Below, one piece after another: positions 20,700-30,959 of a DNA stretch of 64,000 nt. A program made the position numbers and the translations under genes. How positions within the stretch are numbered: the stretch's first letter is position 1; every line of letters starts with the position of its first letter. The DNA is taken from the IMG/VR virus record IMGVR_UViG_3300013132_000024. One strand, written 5' to 3'. The notes beneath the pieces were generated by a model. That model was not told the DNA's origin, made no database searches, and saw only the letters and a list, made by a program, of their open reading frames with translations. The stretch comes from an uncultured virus (IMG/VR IMGVR_UViG_3300013132_000024) (lineage: Duplodnaviria > Heunggongvirae > Uroviricota > Caudoviricetes).

Positions 20700-21950
20700 T
20701 TATCCTCTAATTAATGGTGTGTAAATATCATACATAGAATGTGTAGTTATAACCGTAGCAAAATCTTCAGCTACAGCTTGTTTTAATAGAAACCCTAAGT
20801 GAGATATTCCTTTATTTTTGTCTTGTTCAGTAAAGGCTAATTTTACAATTCTTTCGTATCCATTAAAAGTATATTGGACGATTATTCTATAATTCAATTC
20901 AAGATTGTTTTTATCTAACAAACATTTACATTTAAAAGAATTATCATCACAAATAAGAGAAGCCAATATTCCTTTAATTGTTTTTTCACGCATTTCTTCT
21001 AAGATTTTTATAGAATCATCAGTAGGAGCACGATATTCTCGTACATTTTTTGTACCATAATCATGAGTAACTTTTATATCTGCTGAATAGAAATTATTAT
21101 CCATAATATTTTCCTAATGGTTAATTATACTATAATTGGCTAAAAATCAAAACTAAGAAAATTAGCATAAGGTATAAATTCATCATCAGTTAACCAAATA
21201 TGTTCTGTAGTAGAATTTAATATTGTTTCTTCTCTTAATTTCCATTTTTCTAAATGTGTTTTATACCTATTAGATTTATTTTCATATTCAAAATGTACAC
21301 CATATTCACTGTAACAAACATGTCCTAATATTTTTAATGCTTCTTCATGATATCTTTTTTGAGACCAAAATAATTTTCTGATACCTCCTTCTTGAATTAA
21401 TTCGTCAACTTTAGAATTTATTTTTTTCTTTTCAAGATTATCTGCTTCTAAAGCATGTTCGTATTTTTTAGAAAATGTAGTTATAGCAGTATCACATATG
21501 TGCAATAATTTATTTCTATGATATAATAATTTCATTTTTAAACTCCAAAAAAGTTATAAACATCTTTCATAGTGCCAGTAACTATATTAGCATATCCGGA
21601 AGATTCTCCAGATACATTAGATTTTTTACCTTTAGGAGTAGACTTATGCCCACATTTTGGTGTAACGACCCAGATATTTGTACCTGTTTTTATATCAGAA
21701 AACCTTATATCGTCATATAGAGAACCATATAAAGGACAATTATTTTTAAACCATACATACATATTATCTACATCTATTTTATCAGATTTAGATATTCTTA
21801 CAACAATTTTTCCAAGAGTTTCAGTCTTTATATGTAAAGAAGAATCTCTACAAAACCAATCATACCATCCCGCTTTTATTTGTGTTTTTGTGGAAGGATT
21901 ATTAAATTCATTATTATTAAACATTTCTAACCATAATCTTAAAGGAATAT

Positions 21951-22475
21951 TCATTTTATACCCAATTTAGATAATATTTCGTCAATTGTTATTGGAGTGT
22001 AATTAATTTTTTCTACAGAAACATTAAAATAATTATCATCTACTATAGTTTTTTCGTGTATATGCCCATGTATACATAATGGAAACTTAGGATAATTTGT
22101 TTGAGAATGTTGTGGATAGTGACATAAAACAATAGGAACATTATCATGTTTTAAATATCTAGCAGAATATATATTTCTAAAATACTTGTAATATTCTGAC
22201 ATTCTTAAATTATCATGATTGCCAAGAATTAAAGATTTCTTACCTTTTAATCTTGGCATTATTTCATTAAAAACACGTGCATTAAAAGCAATATCACCAA
22301 GAAAATATACTTTATCTTCATTATCAACTACACGATTATGGTTATATACCATAGTTTCGTTCATTTCTTCTACAGAAGAAAATTCTGGTCTAACTTTTGT
22401 TATTCCATCTGTTCTTAAAAAATTCAAAATATTAGCGTGACCAAAATGTTGATCTGATATAACGAAAGTTTTCAT
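21951..22475 (-). CDS. Calcineurin-like metallophosphoesterase
   Basis: SDQHFGH, LGD, GNHD, HGHIH. Confidence 0.9.
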   Translation of the reverse strand: MKTFVISDQHFGHANILNFLRTDGITKVRPEFSSVEEMNETMVYNHNRVVDNEDKVYFLGDIAFNARVFNEIMPRLKGKKSLILGNHDNLRMSEYYKYFRNIYSARYLKHDNVPIVLCHYPQHSQTNYPKFPLCIHGHIHEKTIVDDNYFNVSVEKINYTPITIDEILSKLGIK

Positions 22476-22707
22476 AATATACTTCCATATTTAATGTAAT
22501 TGCTTATTCATTTTTTCTTTTGAAGTTACATATACTTTCTGTTTATCAACATCACATAAATACATTGGAGTCAACCCTACTTTTCTAAAAATTTCTCCAA
22601 AATATATACATTTTTGAAACATGCTTTCTTGATCAGCATTATCAGCACAATTATGTAATACATATTCTGGTATAATTTTTAGATTATTTATTGTTGTTTT
22701 CATATAA

Positions 22708-23241
22708 TTAATCCCATAAATTTTGATAGTATTTTCCAAATAATCTAAATCCATTCTGTAATTTTTTATGATATTTTCTATATTCTTTTATATCAATCTT
22801 ATATTTTACTAATGGATCCTGAGAATCTGTTTCTATAATAAATTGTTCTTCTCCTGGAAGATCATGGGCTACTTGATCAAAAGACCAAATAATTTCATCT
22901 ATTATCCAATTCCATTGTGCATGTACATCATTTTTTCTAAGAGATTTTGGAAGGTCTGAAAGATATACATGTGGAGAACCATGTTTAGTTTCTTTAAGCT
23001 GTATTAACAAAGGTAATATTATTAAAGATAATGTATGATCTAAATTCCAAGTATCAAAATTTTCTATTTGAACTTTAACTTTTCTTTTGGAATTTTTTCT
23101 ATTATTCCAAAAGAAATTTAATATTGATTGTAATGTATTATCAATTTTATCAACTGTGGATTCTTTTAGATATTTTTCTAATCTTTTAGTATATTTATAA
23201 GAAGAAACGTAATCTTTATATGGGCCTATTTCTACTTTCAT
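22708..23241 (-). CDS. Conserved phage hypothetical protein
   Basis: DTWNLDHTL...KHGSP...GFRLFGKYYQNLWD. Confidence 0.65.
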   Translation of the reverse strand: MKVEIGPYKDYVSSYKYTKRLEKYLKESTVDKIDNTLQSILNFFWNNRKNSKRKVKVQIENFDTWNLDHTLSLIILPLLIQLKETKHGSPHVYLSDLPKSLRKNDVHAQWNWIIDEIIWSFDQVAHDLPGEEQFIIETDSQDPLVKYKIDIKEYRKYHKKLQNGFRLFGKYYQNLWD

Positions 23242-23619
23242 TATGAATCCTTAATGCTTTTAAAATTTCACTATTAGTTCTTCTTGTAAAGACTATTTGA
23301 TAATCTTTATCATAAACAGCAATACATTTTTTTCTGTATGGAAGATATGTATCTAATACATATTCGACAGTTTCTAATATACTTAAATCCGGATTTAATT
23401 TCATTGCTTTTTCAATTTCTAATAATAAATCTTTATGCATATTGAAAATTCTCCCTTGACGATGCATTTAAATGCATCATCACACCATCAGGATCATAAA
23501 TTTTCAATATATCCCATGGCTGTAAATAACCAAAATCCATAGCTTCTCTAGCTGAATCAAATTTGTGTTTTTTAATTTCTAGTCCTTTAGCATTCCATTT
23601 GAATAGTTCTACAATAAAT

Positions 23620-24687
23620 TTACTCATATATTTCTCTTGTAAAGTAATTTTCCCATATCTTGCGAGTTTTTTTACAGTACTTACTTAAGAAGTACCTATT
23701 AGTCATTACATTTAATCTAGGATTATTATATGTTTTTTCTATTGCTTCTCTTATAGAGATAGAATCAACAGGATTTGCGTTAAATAAACTAAAAGACCAA
23801 GGTATTTCACTAGATCCTACTATAGGAACACCTTGTACAATATGATCGGCACCGACAATATTAAAAGTTTCTGAAAAAGAAACTTGTAATCCTAAATCCA
23901 TTTGATAACATAAGTTTAAAAATTCATCTCTTGGCATCCATTCATGAGTTATTAACTTATGACCTCTGTCGTACACATGTTCAAATACACCACGTACATT
24001 ATTTAATACTGGTTCGCCTTTCATTTCTACTCTGCCAGTATTTATATGAAAGGCTAATTTCTTATTTATTGATTCACAAAAATCAATTGCTGCTATAACT
24101 TGAGTTAAATGATTCTTTAACGGTCTAACAGCTCCAAAACAACTAATATCTATATATTCTTTATCGTAATTTATTTTAGAAGTTTTAACATACTTTTGAG
24201 GATAATAATTCGGTAAATACACCAATTTTCTATTTAGTTCTTTAAAATCCCATCCAGTTTTTGATCTTAAAAAGACCAACATTTCTCTATACATTCTTGG
24301 TGCATTTGGTGCAAGAATAATATTCTTATAATTAATATAATCACCAAACCATCTAAAAGCCATGCCCTCGTTGGCCATAAACGGTAATTCACTATGTATT
24401 CTAATTATCCATTTAACAGTTGGATGTATTTTTTGTAAAATATAAAATTTATCAGGAACTACCCACAATGCCTCAATTATGACATGAGTAGGTCTGTATA
24501 ATGTTATTTCTCTATCAATACAATTATTGTCAGTTACAACAACAAGTTTTGATTCTATCTTAAAATCGTTAAGTAAATCTGACATAAAAGAAGCAGAATT
24601 ATATAGACCAGTTATCAACCCTATTTTTGTATGTTTCTCTGGATTGAAATCTTCCCTTCTTTTAAGAATGAATAATACTCTTGCCAT
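23620..24687 (-). CDS. GT-B-fold glycosyltransferase-like protein
   Basis: FGAVRPLKN and SFSETFNIVGAD (GT4-like E-x-F motif). Confidence 0.65.
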   Translation of the reverse strand: MARVLFILKRREDFNPEKHTKIGLITGLYNSASFMSDLLNDFKIESKLVVVTDNNCIDREITLYRPTHVIIEALWVVPDKFYILQKIHPTVKWIIRIHSELPFMANEGMAFRWFGDYINYKNIILAPNAPRMYREMLVFLRSKTGWDFKELNRKLVYLPNYYPQKYVKTSKINYDKEYIDISCFGAVRPLKNHLTQVIAAIDFCESINKKLAFHINTGRVEMKGEPVLNNVRGVFEHVYDRGHKLITHEWMPRDEFLNLCYQMDLGLQVSFSETFNIVGADHIVQGVPIVGSSEIPWSFSLFNANPVDSISIREAIEKTYNNPRLNVMTNRYFLSKYCKKTRKIWENYFTREIYE

Positions 24688-24889
24688 TTACCCCTTTGTT
24701 TTATCCGGTTTATCTATAAAAAGTTGTACAAACAATATAATAATCATACATAACATATTTAGATAATAAAATTCTTCGTATAATACTTTATCAAACATAT
24801 TTGGATCTAAACTCCAAATACATAACATGATGCTAGTAAAAAACTGCATGATATATGTACCAGCTTGTTGATAGTCCATCATACTCTCC

Positions 24890-24897
24890 TATTTATA
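24890..24897 (-). promoter_or_regulatory. T4-type late promoter
   Basis: TATAAATA directly before GGAG RBS. Confidence 0.45.
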
Positions 24898-25062
24898 ATC
24901 TATGATACACTATTATATCATAGATTGATGGGTTTCTTTATCAATTTAATACATTTAGTATTATTATTATCATTAATGCAGATAATACTGGTAGAAAATA
25001 TTGATTGTTATATAACCAAAGTAATAATTTATCTATTAACTCTTTCATAGAACCTCTAATAT

Positions 25063-25100
25063 AAAACGGGAGAGGCATTATAGCACAAAATGCCCCTCCC
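25063..25100 (-). terminator. Intrinsic terminator
   Basis: GGGAGGGGCATT...AATGCCTCTCCC-GTTTT on minus strand. Confidence 0.7.
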
Positions 25101-25159
25101 AACTACTGCGACTTCACCCGGATCTCGGCGTTTAATGTAAAAAATCATATTGATACAAA

Positions 25160-25221
25160 CGCTTTTCCACTAAGCTACTCGCGCATACATGATTGGCGCG
25201 CGAGAATGGATTCGAACCATT
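25160..25221 (-). ncRNA. Circularly permuted tRNA-like element, no anticodon arm
   Basis: Order: T arm AATGG-TTCGAAT-CCATT, CTCGCGC-G-CCA, linker ATCATGTAT, GCGCGAG, D arm TAGCTTAGTGGAAAAGC. Confidence 0.8.
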
Positions 25222-25321
25222 GTCTTTTTGTTTCAGTTTTTTACACCTTGATAGATCCAGCACAGTAATACTCAACTTGTCGAATAAGCTAAAATTGATA
25301 CAACCTGATACTTGTCATATC

Positions 25322-25390
25322 CGCGTCTACCGTTCCGCCACCCTCCGTTACATTGATACATTGGTCGGAGGGGTAGGATTTGAACCTACA
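25322..25390 (-). ncRNA. Circularly permuted tRNA-like element with Leu-type D arm, no anticodon arm
   Basis: T arm GTAGG-TTCAAAT-CCTAC, CCCTCCG-A-CCA, 14-nt linker, CGGAGGG, D arm TGGCGGAACGGTAGACGC. Confidence 0.8.
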
Positions 25391-25436
25391 GTTGATTGTT
25401 TTTTTAACTTAACACCAAGATTGAGCTTGGATTCGT

Positions 25437-26171
25437 TTACTTCAAGTAATCAAAGATTCTTGAAGATATATCTGAAACTGTTACCTCTTCTTGCATATTA
25501 GCAGTCTCCCTTGCTTCCTTGATTGCTCTCAATAAGACATCTATTTTAGATAGTAACGATGCCTTAGCAGATTTAGGAATAGCCCCTGAAGTTTTGATCT
25601 GATTCCAATAACCAACCAATATATCTTCAGTTATAAGCTGAGTTTGAGCGGGATGCTTATCAGTAGCATCATATAGAACAATAGGCTTCTGAAGTTTCTT
25701 TGTTCTATGAGTTTTCGTAGGCTCAGTCTTATAAAGACCAGCCTCAGAATCCATCTTCCAAGATTCTGCATCATCAAGTATAGGTAAATTGCCTATAAAT
25801 GTTCTATAGTCAGTAAAGGTTTTTTCTAAGAAAAGCAAGAAAGATACTGGTGCATCTTCAACTAAAACTTGTCCGTCAAGAACAACATCAGCATTAGCTA
25901 CGCAATTAGTATAATCTTTCCTAGCTGTTATTTGTATTATATCTGATAATGTTTGTCTGCCTTCCTCTAATAAAGCTTGTGTTGTATATTGAACAATTTT
26001 CTTTTCCGAAGGTAGTGTTTCTCCATCTTCATCTTTTCTTTCATAATTTTTAGTAAACCCATTAAACAATTCTGCTTTTTGAGCAATTTTATTCAATTCT
26101 GTTAATTTAGAATAAGATTGAGCCTTGACACCTTTCTCAATAGCTATAATATGATTCAATCTGGTTGTCAT
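25437..26171 (-). CDS. Uncharacterised 244 aa protein upstream of permuted tRNA mimics
   Basis: Long ORF with GAGG RBS and own promoter; no catalytic motif recognised. Confidence 0.8.
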   Translation of the reverse strand: MTTRLNHIIAIEKGVKAQSYSKLTELNKIAQKAELFNGFTKNYERKDEDGETLPSEKKIVQYTTQALLEEGRQTLSDIIQITARKDYTNCVANADVVLDGQVLVEDAPVSFLLFLEKTFTDYRTFIGNLPILDDAESWKMDSEAGLYKTEPTKTHRTKKLQKPIVLYDATDKHPAQTQLITEDILVGYWNQIKTSGAIPKSAKASLLSKIDVLLRAIKEARETANMQEEVTVSDISSRIFDYLK

Positions 26172-26219
26172 TTTAACCTCACTATATGTTATATGTTATA
26201 TTTTATAATCGTACTGTAT

Positions 26220-26248
26220 ATTATAACGTCTATTTTATTTATGGTAAA
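26220..26248 (-). promoter_or_regulatory. Early (sigma70-like) phage promoter
   Basis: TTTACC-N17-TATAAT. Confidence 0.7.
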
Positions 26249-26255
26249 CTTTCTT

Positions 26256-26852
26256 TTATCTTTTAAATAATCTAGGAGATTGCCTATTTCCTTGTTCATC
26301 ATCAAAAGCAATTTGATCTCTAGGTTTAATATTATGATAATTAGCTATCATATTAGATGGAAATGTTCTTGTAGATGTATTTAAGGCCTGAACACGTGCA
26401 ATATATCTATTACGAGTCATATTACATTGATTTTCTGTTTGTTTTAACTCTTTTTGTAAAGATAAAAAGTTAGCAGAAGAAGCCATATTTGGTACTGATT
26501 CTGCAACAGCTAATAATCGTGTCATTACAGAACCCATACCTTTTTGAGCTTCAACAAAAGCTTGTATTTGTTCTGTAGTTGGATTATCTGGTAATTTAAT
26601 TTGACCAATTCTAGAACGCATTTCTGCATTTCCTAATACTAAATCTTTTTCTTGTTTAGTAAATGCTTCTACAGTAGATTGCAAATTAGTAAATAAATCT
26701 GCTCTCTTTTGATAACAAGAAGCTATTTGTCTTTCAGCAGCAGTTACTGCTTCGTCTTTACTTTGTAAACCATTATAAGTTCCCCACCAAATTGCTCCTA
26801 CTAATAAAATCAATGAAGTAACTATTATACCGAAAACACCAGTACTGTTCAT
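26256..26852 (-). CDS. LemA family protein
   Basis: N-terminal TM, YNGL..DE, YQKRADL, FLSLQKEL..TEN, RTFPSNMIA. Confidence 0.85.
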   Translation of the reverse strand: MNSTGVFGIIVTSLILLVGAIWWGTYNGLQSKDEAVTAAERQIASCYQKRADLFTNLQSTVEAFTKQEKDLVLGNAEMRSRIGQIKLPDNPTTEQIQAFVEAQKGMGSVMTRLLAVAESVPNMASSANFLSLQKELKQTENQCNMTRNRYIARVQALNTSTRTFPSNMIANYHNIKPRDQIAFDDEQGNRQSPRLFKR

Positions 26853-26863
26853 TTTATTTCCCC

Positions 26864-27286
26864 TTATGGAATGATACTAAAAGCACAAATTAAACCTACA
26901 CATATAGAAAAGAAAGCATGTAGTATTGCTGTTGCTGTGTTCAAATACAGATTTTTAGTCAGTATTTTATCTAATATTTTCTCTAACAATATTTGAAACA
27001 ATCCTATGATTAATACTAATTCTAAAAATCCAAAAACACTGGCTCCAGAATATGAAGCAGATAATAAAGGTATAGTAAATCCTAAACTTACTCCTCCTAA
27101 CATTATAGCCTGTGGAACATCACCATCTTTTATCTTTTGTATATTATCGTGAGGTGTAATATACACAAATATTTTAACAAACAAAAATAATGCAGTCAAA
27201 CTATAAAATACATATAGAAAAAAATTCAAAAAAGCATATATATCATGATTAAACATATCCATCCTCATTAAAAATATGTGGTACAA
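26864..27286 (-). CDS. DUF350 (YjfL-like) membrane protein
   Basis: 4 TM segments, ITPHD..IKDG..AI.LGG motif; context next to ygiC-like gene. Confidence 0.75.
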   Translation of the reverse strand: MYHIFLMRMDMFNHDIYAFLNFFLYVFYSLTALFLFVKIFVYITPHDNIQKIKDGDVPQAIMLGGVSLGFTIPLLSASYSGASVFGFLELVLIIGLFQILLEKILDKILTKNLYLNTATAILHAFFSICVGLICAFSIIP

Positions 27287-28376
27287 AACAAGAATTATTA
27301 GTCGTTATTCCTACATCTTCTCTAATTCCAATACCACAGGCAGTATTTTGTATTATCCAAGAACCTATAACTGGTGTTAAATTATTAAATGTTAATGAAT
27401 CAAATTTTTCTTGTTCTATATAACCAGTTTCTTTCTTAGAAAGAAAAGTTAAATCATAAATGCCTTGTCCTTCTCTTCCTAACATAGGTTTTCTTAAAAC
27501 TCTTTTATAAAAAGGCCAACATTTTTTAGAAGATTTATGAGATTCTAATAATAAGTCATGATTTGGAAACATTTCCCAAAGTTTTACACACAATAATTTA
27601 TTAGATAATAACATTTTCCATGGAGGTTCAATGAATACTGTGGTACTTTTCTTTATATTTTTATAAAAAGAATCTTCTTTAAACCATTCCCAAGGATATA
27701 ATTTAAATATAGCTTCTATTGGTTTATTATTTATATCTACAAATATATTATTATCAGAACAATAACCAATTTCTTCAATATCTATAGATGAAACATTTTT
27801 ATTAGCTTCTGCAGCAGTTTCAAGAAGATAATGTATATTACCCCAATCTTCTAAAGAAGCTTCTTTATTTGTAGAAAAATATATTTTATTATTAGATTTT
27901 TTATACCAAGATTTAATCAATTCTTCATGAATAGAATTAAATTGATCATTAGATGTATTAAAAATATCTTTTTTCCAATTCCATTGTACAACAGAAGCTT
28001 CTAATAATCCTGTAGGTGTATCTGCATTATACTCGAATAGTTTTATTTTACCATCTACACCTATGCCTAAATCAAATCTACCATAGATATATGGATGCCC
28101 GTATGTCCAAGATTTTTCTATAAGACTAATATCGTAATCATCGAAATTGTAATCACTATCATAATCTCCTTTTCGTATAGTATTTGATACATATTCTAAA
28201 CACATAGAATGTAATGTATCTGTAGCAGCTTCTATTTTATCTATTTCTTCACTAGAAAAACAATAAAAGGCATTTTCATTCCAATACATTTTATTATCAA
28301 TGGTATGATAATTCATACCAACTTCTTCTACTTTAACTTTCCAATCTGTTCTTGGCGAAGTTTGCATTCTATACAT
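27249..28376 (-). CDS. Glutathionylspermidine synthase-like ATP-grasp protein (YgiC/YjfC type)
   Basis: YGRFD, EYNADTPT, FKLYPWEW, EPPWK, KPMLGREG, GIRED. Confidence 0.9.
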   Translation of the reverse strand: MYRMQTSPRTDWKVKVEEVGMNYHTIDNKMYWNENAFYCFSSEEIDKIEAATDTLHSMCLEYVSNTIRKGDYDSDYNFDDYDISLIEKSWTYGHPYIYGRFDLGIGVDGKIKLFEYNADTPTGLLEASVVQWNWKKDIFNTSNDQFNSIHEELIKSWYKKSNNKIYFSTNKEASLEDWGNIHYLLETAAEANKNVSSIDIEEIGYCSDNNIFVDINNKPIEAIFKLYPWEWFKEDSFYKNIKKSTTVFIEPPWKMLLSNKLLCVKLWEMFPNHDLLLESHKSSKKCWPFYKRVLRKPMLGREGQGIYDLTFLSKKETGYIEQEKFDSLTFNNLTPVIGSWIIQNTACGIGIREDVGITTNNSCFVPHIFNEDGYV

Positions 28377-28386
28377 TATAAATCCT

Positions 28387-28860
28387 TTAAGAAGAACTAG
28401 ATGAACTAGCTGAAGAACCTATACCACCTCTAGTTACAGATGTACCAACAATTTTTGATGTAGATTTATTAGTTGCTCTTGTATTAGGTGCTGTATATGA
28501 AATACTTTTATTACCGGAAGGCAAAGAAGTAAAATTAGCTGTTCTAACAGAAGAAGTAGTTATTGGTGTTATTTTTCTTCCGTTATGGGTAACAGACCTA
28601 GAATCTCCATAATACGTTGGTCCCATAAAGATAGGAACAAACCCACCGTCAATACTACCAGAAGCTTTAGCCATTTTTTCTGCATGTTCTCTAGCTTCTT
28701 TCATTTCTCGTTGACAGAGTTCTGTGTCACCCCAATCTATTACACAATCTTCTAAAGAAGTATAAACATCTCTTTGAGCAGGTTTGTCAGAACCAGAAAT
28801 ATCACAAGCAGAAACAGTTATTGATAATGCCACAACTATAGGCAAATTAATGTGTTTCAT
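28387..28860 (-). CDS. DUF1190 (YgiB/YjfM-like) lipoprotein
   Basis: Lipobox VSAC, YTSLEDC, C-terminal RGG.G and Ser tail. Confidence 0.7.
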   Translation of the reverse strand: MKHINLPIVVALSITVSACDISGSDKPAQRDVYTSLEDCVIDWGDTELCQREMKEAREHAEKMAKASGSIDGGFVPIFMGPTYYGDSRSVTHNGRKITPITTSSVRTANFTSLPSGNKSISYTAPNTRATNKSTSKIVGTSVTRGGIGSSASSSSSS

Positions 28861-29019
28861 GTCACTATTTTTTTACCTTTAATGTTAAAGCAATAGTTTC
28901 TGAAATATTACAGATTTGTCTAAACATAAAAGCAGCTTTATGTCTATCTGTTTTCTTTTCAGAAGTCATTAAAACAGAAGCTTCTTTTAATAAGACATAT
29001 ATTTGCTGTACATCAGTCA

Positions 29020-30144
29020 TCACATCACCCGATTAAGTTCTACCACTACTGGCATTCTTAGTTTACCATCTGGTGTATAATTCTGAAACCTTACTTTTGC
29101 AGGATTTCCGATGTATTTTTCTTTTTCTTTTAAAACACGAGCTAAATAATCTTCAGTTCCTCGTATACCAGAATCACAAGAAGAACCATTTTTCAATTGA
29201 AGTGATATACTTTTTGCTTTACCAGCCCAATTACCTTTACCTTCAATAATATCAAGAACAATAAATTCTTCATCTAAAAAATTCTTACGTTTTATTAACG
29301 ATTTTGAACGTTTAGCATTTTCATAAGGAATTTTGCCAATTCTTACCATTTGCCCTTCATATCTATCTTCTAGATACGAAGAATATAATGCATCTAATTG
29401 ATCTTGATCGTTTACAATTGTTGTATCTACGAATTTAATTTTTTTGAATTGTTTATTATCTTCAAAAAAGAATCTTAATGCTTGAGATCTTTCAAAGAAT
29501 CCAGAATTTGGGTCTTTATCTCCCAAATCAACATCATATATATGATATTCAACTAATTCTGATGTTTCAGCTAATGTGATTGGATTAATGTTTACAGTTT
29601 TTCTTAAAAGAGAAGAAAGTTTGTTAAAATCATCTTTTAAATCATGATTATATAATTCACCATCAAATACTAAATTCGGCAGCGTTTTAAATACATAATT
29701 TAATTCTTCAAAAATATGAGGACAAGAAATTATTCGTTCTCTTCCTCTACTCCACATCCCATCTTTCTTTACAATACACCTAAATCCATCTAATTTTGGT
29801 TGTGAGTACACAGGAAATTTAAGGGTTTTCACATTTTCATATTTGATCGCTAACATAGGATCAAACATAGTGGAAAGATTATTTAATTCTTCTACAGTTT
29901 CTGCTGCGCCCATTTTAAGGCGCTTCTTATAATGAGCATCAATTTCAAATTCTGCTTGTTGTTCACCAGTAGTTTCGTTCGCGCGTCCAACATTTTTGGG
30001 GTTTGCCAACTTCCAATCAGATTCTACTTTTACACCATTTTCTAATCCTGATATTGTGCGATATTTATCGCCATCGCGTTCCATATACCATACACGAAGA
30101 CGATCAGTTGTATCATATTCGTATAGTGTTTTGTAAGTGATCAT
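29020..30144 (-). CDS. ATP-dependent DNA ligase
   Basis: PMLA, QPKLDGFR, FDGELY, YEGQMVR, RSKSLIK, OB-fold GKLRMP. Confidence 0.92.
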   Translation of the reverse strand: MITYKTLYEYDTTDRLRVWYMERDGDKYRTISGLENGVKVESDWKLANPKNVGRANETTGEQQAEFEIDAHYKKRLKMGAAETVEELNNLSTMFDPMLAIKYENVKTLKFPVYSQPKLDGFRCIVKKDGMWSRGRERIISCPHIFEELNYVFKTLPNLVFDGELYNHDLKDDFNKLSSLLRKTVNINPITLAETSELVEYHIYDVDLGDKDPNSGFFERSQALRFFFEDNKQFKKIKFVDTTIVNDQDQLDALYSSYLEDRYEGQMVRIGKIPYENAKRSKSLIKRKNFLDEEFIVLDIIEGKGNWAGKAKSISLQLKNGSSCDSGIRGTEDYLARVLKEKEKYIGNPAKVRFQNYTPDGKLRMPVVVELNRVM

Positions 30145-30170
30145 TTGTAAGCCCTATTATTTTATATTAT

Positions 30171-30199
30171 ATTATACTATGAAATAAGCGGTGAATAAA
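30171..30199 (-). promoter_or_regulatory. Early (sigma70-like) phage promoter
   Basis: AAAAGAAC-TTTATT-N17-TATAAT. Confidence 0.7.
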
Positions 30200-30734
30200 G
30201 TTCTTTTATTACGTTTGCAGCTACATCTAATAATTCAGAAGAACCTATTCCAGCATACCATCCAGAAGGAGTAGGAACATCATTACATTTTTGCCATTTA
30301 ACATAATTAAATTCGTACCATTGTTGATCATTTGGATCAAAATTGTAAATTTGTATTCTTCGTTCCATAGCCATTAATATGGCCCAAGATGTACCGCCTA
30401 ATGGTTTCATATTTTCATCAAAAGGAGTAGTAGCATATACTTGAGAAGCATATTTAATTTGATAATAATTTCTACGAAGAAGATTATTTACATATTCAGA
30501 ACTAGTAGGCCATGTTCTTTTTAAGTAATCATTGGCAAGTTTTAAATGTTTATCTGCTTCTAATAATTTAGAATAAGAAAGTTGATATATTTGTTCTTTC
30601 GGACAAGGCGAGTAATGTCCTTGAAAAGACCAATGATATACTTTATGTCCTGCTTTTGTTGCTAACTCTCCAAATAATTTATCCGCACCTTTAGAACCAC
30701 CAGAAAAGCATATATTTTTTCCAATTATATTCAT
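30177..30734 (-). CDS. SLOG-like nucleotide-binding protein
   Basis: SGGSKGAD, RRN, GGTSWA motifs. Confidence 0.5.
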   Translation of the reverse strand: MNIIGKNICFSGGSKGADKLFGELATKAGHKVYHWSFQGHYSPCPKEQIYQLSYSKLLEADKHLKLANDYLKRTWPTSSEYVNNLLRRNYYQIKYASQVYATTPFDENMKPLGGTSWAILMAMERRIQIYNFDPNDQQWYEFNYVKWQKCNDVPTPSGWYAGIGSSELLDVAANVIKELYSPLIS

Positions 30735-30959
30735 TTTCGTAATTTCAATTGCGCTTGTAATTTCTCTATTTCAGCAGTCAATAATGCATTAGCTTCTCGT
30801 TCAGAATCTAATTGATTCCTTGCTAAATATTCTAATCTATGATGTTTTTGATAATATCTTAATTGTTCTTCTATACAATAAGCTAATGTTTTTAACGCAC
30901 TGAATTGTTTTAATAAATCATCATAATTATTTGCAGGATTAATCTTTAATATAGAGCTT

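Noticed and set aside
25160..25390. Two-piece permuted tmRNA or intron-split tRNA
   Set aside because: No G3:U70 alanine acceptor or tag ORF seen; acceptor strands do not pair across elements
25193..25501. Plus-strand 102 aa ORF
   Set aside because: Antisense to tRNA-like elements (GFEP artefact); likewise 58783..58965, 38644..38856 and 33551..33739
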